Under the pieces are notes generated by a model. It saw only the letters and a program-made list of their open reading frames with translations, was not told where the DNA came from and did not search any database. DNA of 64,000 bases from Lama glama (lineage: Eukaryota). The stretch spans positions 81,036,001 to 81,100,000 of the forward strand of contig CM052817.1 of assembly GCA_028534125.1 (NCBI GenBank), given 5' to 3'. Both the position numbers and the translations under genes were made by a program. Shown here piece by piece: positions 10,991 through 22,194 of the stretch (its first letter is position 1; each line of letters opens with the position of its first letter).

Positions 10991-13869
10991 TATGGATCTT
11001 GCCAAATCAAGAGAAAATTCCAGTTTTAATCTTGAGTAAAGTAGTTTGGCCTATTAAGAGAAAAAATCTTTTCCGTTAAATAATCCTGGAAACTTACTAA
11101 TGCATTTTTTAACTTATCTTCCTTCTTACCATACATAGTTACTTGGGCACATAGTGTGAATTACATAAATACTGTTGGCTGAATGAACAAGAATATGACT
11201 CATACTATTAAATAAATCACCCATTTTAATATATCCTAAATTCTTAACTTACCATCCATTCTATATAAACAAATAAGGAGTAGTGAGTATTTCAGCAAAG
11301 TTAGAGTGGCAGCCATCTATCTTTATAGCACTTTTGAGAAAGTAACCCGAGACAGGATGGCCTGCATAAAGTAAGGGAAATATATCTGCTTGGAGAAGCA
11401 GGCTGTATTTTCAACTGTAGTCTGGAATCTAGGATACCTTTTCAAACAATAACCAAAGCTCTGCAGAGTTGAGCCTCTTCAAGAAATTCACAATTGCCCT
11501 ATGGTTGACTAAAGTTCACTAGGTGTGAGGAAGATTTGCAAGCACCTGGGATGAAATTGAGGCCACATGTCCCTGCTTAGTCACAGATGCCCTTTCCGTC
11601 TACTAGGAATAGCCCTGTGGGCTTTCTTGATGACTGAATCTGCCTGGCCTGGCATTCCAAGAAGAGTGTGATTAAAAAGGATAGATGCCAAGAGGAATAA
11701 AGGATGCTGGCAGAGATGTTGGAGGCAAAGGCAAGGTGCTCAGTGGTGAGTGAATCCAGGTGTCTACTGCCTCAGTGGCATATGCATTTTGCAGTGAGTG
11801 AGGAAGTTGTTTGGGGAGTATCCTACCAACCTTAGTGAAGACAACCTGTATTGATTTGTTTGCTTCTTCATGTTTAGCTGTGGATTTCAATAGCAACACA
11901 ACTTCAGAGGCTGTGGAAACTGGTTAGTGAAGCTGCCAATCAGGTGCACCAAGGGAAACAAAAGCACACAGACTAGTCAATAGAGAGTGTCATGCAGCTT
12001 ATAAATGCATCTTCCCTTCAGCTTCCAGTTTGTTTCCAGGGGATGAAACACCATAGTGCCCTGTAACTAGTACCAGAGGTGAGTGCCCTCCTTCTTCCCG
12101 GCCTGGGCAAGAAGAAGATGAAGTTCTGTTAATTCAACAAATAACAGACTTTAGGTTTTAGATTAATAGAATCTATCCTCTAATAGGAGAGGCTCTTAGC
12201 CAACAGTTTTAAGAGCAAAGTGATAACTGTGAGGATAACACAACTGGCACATTCACAGGTGTGACAAGCATGATAAATGCATCTTCTTGGAAACTCGATC
12301 CCAAAATAGGCCCAGGGTGACTCTTGCCTGCCTCTGACAGGAAGGGCTTTTCCCTTACACCTATGCATGGCCAGCTTCAATCAGCAGTGGTTACTTTTGG
12401 TGATGTTTCTGCATTCACCAACCCACGCCACCCTGTCTCCTCAATGACAGATATCAGGTCAGCAGCATTCAGGACAATCATTGGAATTCAAAGCTGGCAT
12501 CAGAGCTGAACCATCTCCTCCTGCATCATCTTACCCTTGCCAAGGCAATCAAATTAGTTCTGTTAACAGCTTGCCAAGTCAGCAAACCTAGTAAACTCTC
12601 TGTCTTAGAAAGGAAATGTAGACATTCGTATTGGTTCATATTGTTTTTCTCCCTTCAGTGTGATCTTGGGAACCTTGCCAAAGGGTCTGATGGCTGTCGT
12701 CTGATGATGCCATGTGAAGTCTTTAATAAGCTGACATTTCCTGTTGATGAGCTGCTGTGTCTGAAAGCCAAACCAAACAGTGTTTAGGCTCTTTGGATCC
12801 CAGACTCTGTTTTTGTCTCTTTCTCTTCCTTCTCCTGACCCAGTTGTCAGCTCTGCCCACCCTCTCTTTCTCCATCTCGCCTGTGTAGATGTGCAATACA
12901 GAGGTCAGATGGCAGGCACTGCCTTCCAACAAGACTGAACCTACTGAAAAAGCCTGGAGAGCAGAAAAGCCTGGGCTGTGTTGCTGGCTTTGTTTTGAGA
13001 CACCAAGGGGAGCATTGGCTGGAAGTGTTTCCTGTGAGAGGGAGAGGCTGTTTTCTGAGAAGGCAAATGGAAGCTTGTCAGTTGGGTTAAAGGAGGAAGC
13101 AGGACGTTTTTTAAAGTTCTTGTGACTGTTAATTAAACCATATGAGTAAAGAATAAAAATGCTCAAGTCAAGAAAGTAAAAGTTAGGAGTAGGAAATCAG
13201 GAGTATTGCTCAACTGGCCTAAACCTGATTTGCAGTGTCTCTTACTGTATCTTACAGTCAATGGTAGATTATATCCTCAGACCTAAAAATGTGAGTCCTG
13301 TAGAAGATTTCAGAGTTTGATGTTGTTTCTTAAGATGCTGGGTTAATTCACACTGGCAAGGCTGCTGAATTGGCAGGTTGGTGACTGTTCACTGTCAGGG
13401 TGTCAAAGGACACGTCTAGAATCGGGCAGGCATGATCTACACTGAACTCTGTGGCCACCTAGTGCACGTGCCTCTAGGGTCTAGCTGTTAGTATCTTATG
13501 TGATGTTGTATTAACAGGAAAATGTTTTGCCCTATGTGTGGTAGGGGGAAGAATGAAGTGACATGTGAAATACAAGGAGAATCTAGGGTGTGATTTCCTT
13601 CCAATCATATTAGCTCTCACACAAGTGATTGCAGTAGTTTCTTATTGATCTGCCTGTAGTAAATCTTTCTCCTCTAAATCCATTCCACTCAATATCACTG
13701 GTTTATCTCAAATACAATCTTGATTGTATTTTCCTTCCAAGGGCACTTCTATCTTTTTATTAACTGCCTAGAAGTTACAATGTAGCTGCCTACAAGCTTA
13801 ATACATCAGGGCATTAAATATTTGGCCTGAGCCGAACAAATAAATAAGACATATAAAACTTTTGCTATA

Positions 13870-14770
13870 AGGAAAATATTACCTAATTGGACTACAATAA
13901 AATTAAATAATTTCAATCATCAGAAAACAACATTCAAAGAGTGAAACAGCAAGCCACATAAAAAGAGGAGATGCTGGTAATTCATATTTCTGGAAAGGAT
14001 TCGTATTCAAAATACATAAAGTTCTCCTAAAATTCAGTTTTAAGAAGCAGCCAATATAATAAGTACAAAAAGCAACAGTCATTGCACAGCAGAGGATATT
14101 CATTCCAATGGCCAGTAAACATATGAAAAAGACTCAAATTAAAAACTCAAAAGCTGCTACTAACCACCTATGAGAATAGCTAAGATGAAAATTGCAGACC
14201 AGGTAAGAGAGAACATGAAGCAATAGGAAATTCATTCACTGTAAATTGGTAAAGTCCACTTTTACCAATCCCTTATATGACTGTATTTCCAAGCTGAATA
14301 CATGCATGTCTTATGACACAGCAATTTAGATACATAAACAATAGAAATTCATAAAAAGATTTATCAAAGACAACCCAAATGTCCATCAATAATAGAATGG
14401 ATAAGGAATCATGGAATATTATACAATGGCCGTGAAAGTAAGAAAATTACTATTATATTTCAAACATGAATGGATCTCAAAAGCGTAAAAGTAAATTAAA
14501 GAAATTAGATGCAAGAAGTGTCTATGTTGTATGATTTCATATAGGTACATTTCAAAACCAGACAAAATAATCTATTGTGTTAGGATTCAGGTCAGTAGTT
14601 ACTCTTAAAAAATGGGTTGGTTAGTGATTAAAAGAGCTCAAGGGGACTTTCTAAGGTTCTGATTATATTCTGTCTCACTGCTTGTTACATGGGAATGTTC
14701 ACCCTGTTAAAATTCACTGAGTTTCATGCTTTTGATTGTTCATTCTTCTATTTATTTCTTTCAATAAGAA
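13870..14770 (+). mobile_element. Old L1M (L1ME-like) 3' end
   Basis: ggactacaataaaattaaataatttc…ggattcgtattcaaaatacataaag…aatgtccatcaataatagaatggataa…3'UTR gggactttctaaggttctgattatattctg…aaaattcactgag. Confidence 0.8.
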
Positions 14771-15954
14771 GCTGGAGGAAGTATCATTAAAAACATAAAT
14801 AAATGAATATAGGCACACATTTTAATGAGACAGAACTTAATCAAGAAACCTAAACAAAACCAGTTTTGTTCTTACTTTTAGACTATATTTTCTTAGTACT
14901 TAATTCAACTTATATTATATGGTTTCATCCTAACTGATTCATTTCCTTACATGTATGTTACACTACAGACCTTTCAAGGGTCTTCCCATGATCTTCTGTC
15001 CTTTTCACCGTGTATTTTAAAATGGGAGAAGCACCCATTGAATGGCTAATAAATTACTTAAGCATGCTCGCTTCTTTTCTATACTATATTACCTAGAAAA
15101 GGAGGATTTTATAATGCATTAACATTTAGGTACCTACCTAGCATAATTATGACAATATGTATTCACAGGGATTTGCCACTAATTTATTCTCATTGATATT
15201 AAAAAGTGAATTATTATAAAAATAAAGAAATGTCTGTTCTTGAGTCATATATAACACAATATTACTGAACAAAATCAGAATATATATAATGGTACTTTTG
15301 TCACTATTTCTCTTTCCTCTGTATTAAAATAAGAAATGCCATGTAAATAATCTGTGTGGTGTGTTTATCAAGAAATAAAGAATGTAGAAAATTCAAGTCA
15401 CTGTGTACAGAACACTCGTAAGAAATAACTACTATGAACTGGAGCTGATCAACTTGAGATTAGTAAGTGTGAAATCCTAAGTGTAAAAATTGAAAAAAAA
15501 ATTGTACTTTTGTCTAAGATTGTTTAAGAGGAAGAAATCATTATATAGTTATACCCTTCTCAGGGAAAAAGTGAATTTCTGGGAATTGCCAATAACTCAC
15601 CTTATCACAAAAAGATATTTATTGAATGAGAATATATTTATCTCTGTTGCTAATCATAAACTTTAAAAATGTAAAGAATTCAGCCTTAAAATTATTATAT
15701 AAGCATGAAAAAGTCAGATATAAGTATGGAGACATTTTGAAGAAGAGTTAGCAACAGGTAAGGATCAAACATTACTTGTTGCAGAAATCGTGTTTCATTT
15801 GTAGAACTTTGTGAAACATTAATAATAAAATCTGAGACTCACCTGGCTTCAGTTTCAAGTAAACCTGAAACTCCGGGAGGTTCAACAAAAGTTTTGCCAT
15901 GGTTCATGAACTTTCATCAAATGTGGGATGATTTTTTTTTTTTTGGTTTTTTTT

Positions 15955-15979
15955 GTATATGTGCTGCCGAAGTGAGCAC
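15955..15979 (-). pseudogene. RNU6: U6 snRNA 5'-fragment retropseudogene (nt 1-25)
   Basis: Reverse complement GTGCTCACTTCGGCAGCACATATAC matches U6 nt 1-25 (GTGCTCGCTTCGGCAGCACATATAC) at 24/25; the mismatch is a CpG transition. Flanked by near-identical A-rich direct repeats. Confidence 0.85.
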
Positions 15980-16287
15980 TTTTTTTTTAGTTTTTTTTTA
16001 GTCAATAATTTCACCGTGTTTAGATTTCTTTAAAAATGGAAACTTGCAGATGAAAAACAAAGGACGCTAAAATGCAAACAATCTTAGGGTTACTTTTTAT
16101 CAACATAAACTGGTGCATTTTTTTCCCACTTTTTAAAGAAGTTTTTTGTCAATTTTGACAGAGCAAAAAATACCTTAGTTTGCTATTCTATCTTTTCTGC
16201 ATAGGAAACTTAGCAGTATCAATATTACCTGTGATTCTGTTTTTCATGAAAAACCAATAGGAGTGAGCATAAGTGCACTTATATAGT

Positions 16288-16510
16288 AATAATAATAATA
16301 ATACTGATCTATTGTTCAGTTACTATCTTAAATGCTATACAAGTACTGTATAATTTAATTCCTACTACAGTTCTCTGTGGTAGATCCTTTTATAGACAAA
16401 ACTAAGGTTCAGGAAAAGGGAAAATAATTTGTCCAATCAAGCTGCTAATAAGTAGCAGAACAAAAATTTTAACCCAGAGAAAATAATTATAGAAACTAAA
16501 CTCTTAGCTA
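16288..16510 (-). mobile_element. MIR SINE
   Basis: aataataata…aaatgctatacaagtactgtataatttaattcctactacagttctctgtggtag…tttatagacaaaactaaggttcagg…aatttgtccaa… (antisense MIR core). Confidence 0.7.
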
Positions 16511-16519
16511 CTATAATAT

Positions 16520-16750
16520 TGTGGCCGTCACTGCTAGCAACCTACCCAAAATCTATTCTCCCCTTCTTTTTTCTAAGATGTCAGCAGTGATGGTTGAGCA
16601 GCAAAATAGAAAGAGCCTGGACCGTTGATTACTTCATCGATCCTTATACCAACTAGTTCTTCCTGCTTCTGGATTTCTTGTTAACTGAGAAAAATAAATG
16701 CATTTGTTTATTAAAGCTCTATTGTAGCCATTTTAAATGGACTAATGATA
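16520..16750 (+). mobile_element. MaLR LTR fragment (MLT1J/K-like)
   Basis: ctacccaaaatctattctccccttc…gagcagcaaaatagaaagagcctgg…ttctggatttcttgttaactgagaaaaataaa…ttaaagc. Confidence 0.6.
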
Positions 16751-19700
16751 CTGCTTATTACATTGACCTACTGGAATTATAAGTGTAAAAAAGACAATCA
16801 CTCAATATCCAACACATAATCTGAGTGTGTTCCTTGCTAAATCAGAGTTTTACTCTTAAGACACCATCTTTCTGAGAAACCAGAGAGCTGATCTTACATA
16901 GGGTCTTGGGAAACTTGGTATTCAAGGATTGAAGGACTTTAAGAAGCAGGAGTATTTAGGAATTGGTTGATTTTTTTTTTTGCTAAAAACTGGTTATTTA
17001 AGTGAAATATCACTGATTAGTTGACTTGTATAAATATATTCACGTAAGTGAGGCTGCAGCTAATTGGCTGGCTTCAGAAACAACTTGTTGTCATGGATTG
17101 GCTGTCTTTTAGAGGCATGGTTACAGAAGTGAGTTTTCACTTATTTGATGGAATATTTAAAAACTTGATTCTGATGGTCATGTATTGTTCTGGCAAAAAA
17201 AGTTAATCTTTTCCATAAGAATAAGATTATTCCTCAGTAAGATTGGAAGAAGACCCACCTAGGAGTCACAATGATCCAGAGAGGGATTCCAAGTCCAGAT
17301 TTTGGACAGCTTTATTCCTGTATTTTGAACTCATAATAAATATTAAGGGGTATTCATATTGTTTGTTTGATTTTTATTTGGTTTAGTTTGGTTTTTAGAA
17401 TGTAACATACTCTTTCCCATTTTATACTACTGATGTAAAAAACCCTGCTGTTCTATATGTATAGATAACTGAAGTGTTGGGACCCTGGGGGAGGAAATAT
17501 TTTTTAAATGTTTTTTAAAAAATTGAGTTTTAAACAATTGAATTAATTTTATTTAAAAAACCAGATATTTCTGAACCTCTAATCTATGTATTTTTTTAAA
17601 ATCTCAAATGTAAAATGTGTTCATTAATTATTTAGTCTTGGAATAGAATCAATAAGGAACTGTTATATGCAATGTAAATGGAATTTTGAGATACTTATTT
17701 TAAGATAATTCAAAAGAGAAAGTAAATAAGTCATTAAAATTCAGCTTGATATACAGTTGTTTCTAAAGTAAGCATATATACTTACTTTCACTTCTATCAA
17801 TATAGATGTAATAAGTATGTAATTGCACATTTTTTTTTAGAATAACTAAATTTTGTATACAAAGCCTAGAAGAGACAACTTTGCATGATAAACTTTAGTT
17901 TAGGATTTCAACTTATGGCTTATTTTGTTTCTGGAGGTTACTTTGGTATACTGCTTTTAGAAAAAGAATTTCAAATTGAGTAAAATCATTCTCTTTGAAC
18001 TTTCAATAAAAGCAATTATGTAATATGATATATCAATTTCCTAGAATAATAAAGGAAGTAAAAAATTAAGTAAATAAAAAAATTAGAAGTTTTTTTTAAA
18101 TAAAATGACAGTACTAAATACATTTAGAAGCTTCTGAAATAGAGATTTGATTGCTGATTAAACATTAGTGGTCTTTGTATGCAGCATGTTACTTTGATGC
18201 AGTATCCCACACTGCTTTTGAAGTTAAAGTTGACTTTTCGAGCAGTCCAAGCAATATAAGGCTGCCTACCTACTTTAGTCCTCTAAAATGAGTAAGTATA
18301 TTTTGGGGTCATAATGTTCCATTGTCAGCCAACTTTGCTTCTACTTCAGATTGTGGAGAAAGAATCACTCATTAGTGACACTCTGTGAGAATAACAAAAA
18401 TACAACATGTAGAAAAACGGAATACCAGCATCACTGGATTCTCTATGAATATCTTTGAGGAAGTTTGACAATTGGCGGGAATTAATCTGAAGAGGAAGAA
18501 AGTTGAGGTACTGACACACGTAATGCATTGATTGAAGGCATAGTTTTTTCTTGAAGTAGTCTGGTGTTCATAATAAAGATGTCCCAGGCTTGTACTATCT
18601 ACATGGTACATAAAATTTGTCATAATTACAAAAATATTTTTAAGCACTTAATGATTTTGTTCAAATTTGGTTTTCTAAATAAGGTAGAAGCAAATAGCTG
18701 AAATATAGTGCATGCATGACTATCTTCATACAGATTTTTATACTTGAAAAAAATTACTAGTTAAAAAAAGAAATATTACTTTGATTTGGACTCACTCCCC
18801 TTTTTGGGCAGTATTCATAAATAGGAGGCATACAAGGACATATGTTCCATTTTAAAATCCTGTCCTATTTTCACTTACCTTTCAATTCCACCTAACAAAT
18901 GGGAGTATTTAAGAATATTATATATAAATTTGAAAGACCTTAAATTTATTATTCAAAAAAATTCTTGTATTTTAAAAGATGACCGAACAAACTTTCACAA
19001 TTTTAGAACACCAGACTCTTGTAACTACCTTCAGATTTGAGTTTGAAAACATGAACATTAGGTTAATAAGTGCATTACTGAAATTTTCTCTGCTGCCACA
19101 GAGATTTTAGACAGGAGGTATATTAAGTGGTTAATCAACAGTTCCTCAGTGGAGCCACTATAGAAATTCACAGCTGCCTGAACCTGAGTTCAGTAAGGTT
19201 TATAATAAGAAAATTATAGTTGTTTACTCAGGAAATGAAACTAGCCAAGTGGCAGGATAGCTCTCTAAAACAGATGCATCACTTCAGTCTGCTATTTATT
19301 GCATGTGTATTCTCATTTATCATGGCTTCCTAGCTCCTTTGTAGTTCAACACTGACAACTGTAAATCAACAGAAAAGATGAGACATAGTGAAGAACAGTT
19401 ACTTAAATAAGTGGAAAGCATGCTTGGTATTGTGGTTATAAACAATTTGTATAGCATTTAGCAGGAAAATAGTACAGCCTCTGTGCCAAGAGTATATAAC
19501 CAACAGCATTTTCAAAATCATAAAACCATTTAGTTATTTGTCATGAAAACATAGAAGGGTAATTAATGTATGGAAACTCTATCAGTTGCATTGTGCCTAT
19601 TGCTAAGAAGGCTTTTTAAATGAAATTCCTTAATATTTAAAGCTGTTTCTCATTCATTCACTTAATCAATTCCTGATTCTGGTAGAAACTTTATTTTTTG

Positions 19701-20989
19701 CTGGCCAGTTCTATCACAGTGATCTCGGGTCCCATTTGGAACCCTACACTTGACTAGAGCATTCATCAAAGCGAAAAACATTCTGTTCTTGATACTGATC
19801 CAGTTGCTTAGCCTCTGCCCTAGAGGATTTGTATTAAATATAACAATGTTGTGCACTGTGAAATTTCTCCTAGTTTAAACAACACTTGAAGCATATCCTG
19901 TATGTAATACACCAAAGGTAAATGATGATCAATCATACGTTTTTGAAAACTGCAGTTCTGTCAGTCTTCAATTTAATCACAATCAGTATCTGCACTTCCT
20001 TTATTTTTACATAAGAGAAGCATTCTGAGCATACTGTTGGCTCAGGAAAACTGTAGGATATACTGTGTGGCTTATTTCTCAATTAAACATGTTGAGTCAT
20101 TAATATCAGTCAAAACTAGAATAAAACTAAATAGTTTAAAATCCTGCAATAAAATGTCTTCCTTTTAAGTCCTGAGTTTTATAGCACTAAGATGAGACAG
20201 TCAGACTGTTGTTTTGACCTATCATGCACGTGTCGTCCTTCCAGGATTTTCCATGTTATTGGACAGGCTTTTTTATACTTTGTTTGAAAAATATAACATA
20301 AACTTTGCAATAACACATGTGAAATGAAATCAGTGCAAATACCGTCTATATAAACTTGACAAGTTCAATTCACAGAAAAGGCTGAAATGTCAACAAGGTC
20401 TTGGTCAGAAGGTTACAACACTTGCCTGCTATAATTACTATTATTATTTTATCTCTCTTGGCAACAGATTATGGTTTGTTTAAGCTAAATAATTCTTGAG
20501 GAGGCTGACGTTGAGATGATTTAGTGCATAATAGGGCTTGGCTTGTTAAACTACAAAGAATTAATCCCACTAGATTTCACAAATAGCACCTGCTCAAGCC
20601 TGCTAGAATTTAAGTCTACATGGAATGCGTTAGAGCAAAATTTGGCAGGACTGACAGACTGCATTATCAAAAATTCAGAATGTTTGCTCTAAAAGAAACC
20701 TGCTCTTTTTACCACTGAGTATTTGTTTGGAAATTAACCCTGAATTAGCCCATTTCAAATGACTGAGTAATTACAAAATAATTTTAAACATTGTGAGATA
20801 TATAATGTGGTGTTAATTACTCTAAAAGAGTCTCTTAAAAATCTTTAAGAGGGACTCAGGACTCTTCTAGAGTATCTATGGATGGAACAAATGCATCATT
20901 GGGTATAAAGAAATATTAGTGAATCTAGATATAAGAAATTTTGTAGGTTTAGTAAGTAGTTTTCCCAAGTTCATGTAGTATATTGGCCT

Positions 20990-21170
20990 TTTCTTGGCTC
21001 AAACTCATGTCTTTTCTTATAAGGGCACTAATCCTGTCATGCTGGCTTCAGCCTCACAACTTCATCTAACTCTAACTGCTTCTCAGAGACCCCATGGCTA
21101 AATACCATCACACTGGGGGTTAGAGTTCGACATAAGAATTTGGTGGGACACAAACATTTAGTTCATAACA
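20990..21170 (-). mobile_element. MaLR LTR fragment (MLT1A-like, 5' part)
   Basis: tcttataagggcactaatcctgtcat…aaataccatcacactgggggttagagttcgacataagaatttggtgggacacaaacatttagttcataaca. Confidence 0.8.
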
Positions 21171-22194
21171 GTGCATATGTATATATTTGTTAGGAATGTA
21201 AAGATTAGAAATAACTAATTTAGCAATGATATAGGCTTTCAAAATATACTAATATTCAGGGTGTTTAATAAAAAATCATAATGCTAGAGATTTTTATTAT
21301 ATCTTATATATTTCTTACTATATAAGTGTCATAATTTTTCTCTATAGTAAATATTGTTCTCCCTGAATCTCTGTCACTAACAAATATGCACAGTTGTTTT
21401 ATAGGGCAAATGATCCAGTTGCTGTCAATTCTAGAATCAATGATTTTATTCTAAATATTGCATTTTGTGTAACTTATTCTTTGTTTCCTTTCTAGACTCA
21501 GAAAAAAAGCCAAGTGTTCACATTCAAGTATGGCAAATAATATCTTCATTTTTATTTTATTTTCTCCTTATGACAGAGAGGTTAGAAAGGTGTTGAAATC
21601 TTTGTTAGAGATTCTGTGTAAAGTATGAATTTTCTTTGGCACAAAGTGGAATTAGTATGTGAAAAAATATTGGAACTGAACACTTGTAGTATTTCAATCT
21701 GTTTTCTGGTGATTTAATGAGCCATATAGTAAATAGTTTAATTTTTATGTGATAGGGAAAAATTTTAGTGTTTTTAATGTTAAACAGAAAGATGACATGC
21801 TAATATGTAGTATAAAAAATCTTTTACTTGATAATGGACTTGCCATAATATATTTTGACTTGTTATCATAGCAGCAGCTTCTTTAGCTTGGTTTATATAA
21901 ACATTTGGTTAGTTTAGTTCAGTCATTTGTTTTAGTATTTATACTTTATCTAATTCCATATATTTGAACTGGGGCACATATTTTAGGATATTATCAACTT
22001 GTGCATAAGAAATGTCGGGGGTTCCTGAAAAAAAGTAGCTCCACTATGAAAATATATCTTTGGAATATATTCCTTATAAGTAAGTACTATCAATCAGGAG
22101 ATACCTTGGAACGTATAAATTCCACTTACTTATGCTATCAAAGAGCACTCTAATACATCTAGGAGAAGAAATAATTTAAATAAGACATTCCTGC

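Noticed and set aside
12723..13166. 147-aa minus-strand ORF
   Set aside because: Low-complexity purine-rich read-through, no recognisable domain.
15843..15901. Minus-strand accATGG…MAKLLLNLPEFQVYLKLKP followed by CAG|GTGAGT
   Set aside because: No promoter or good acceptor upstream and an unrecognised peptide; such matches occur by chance.
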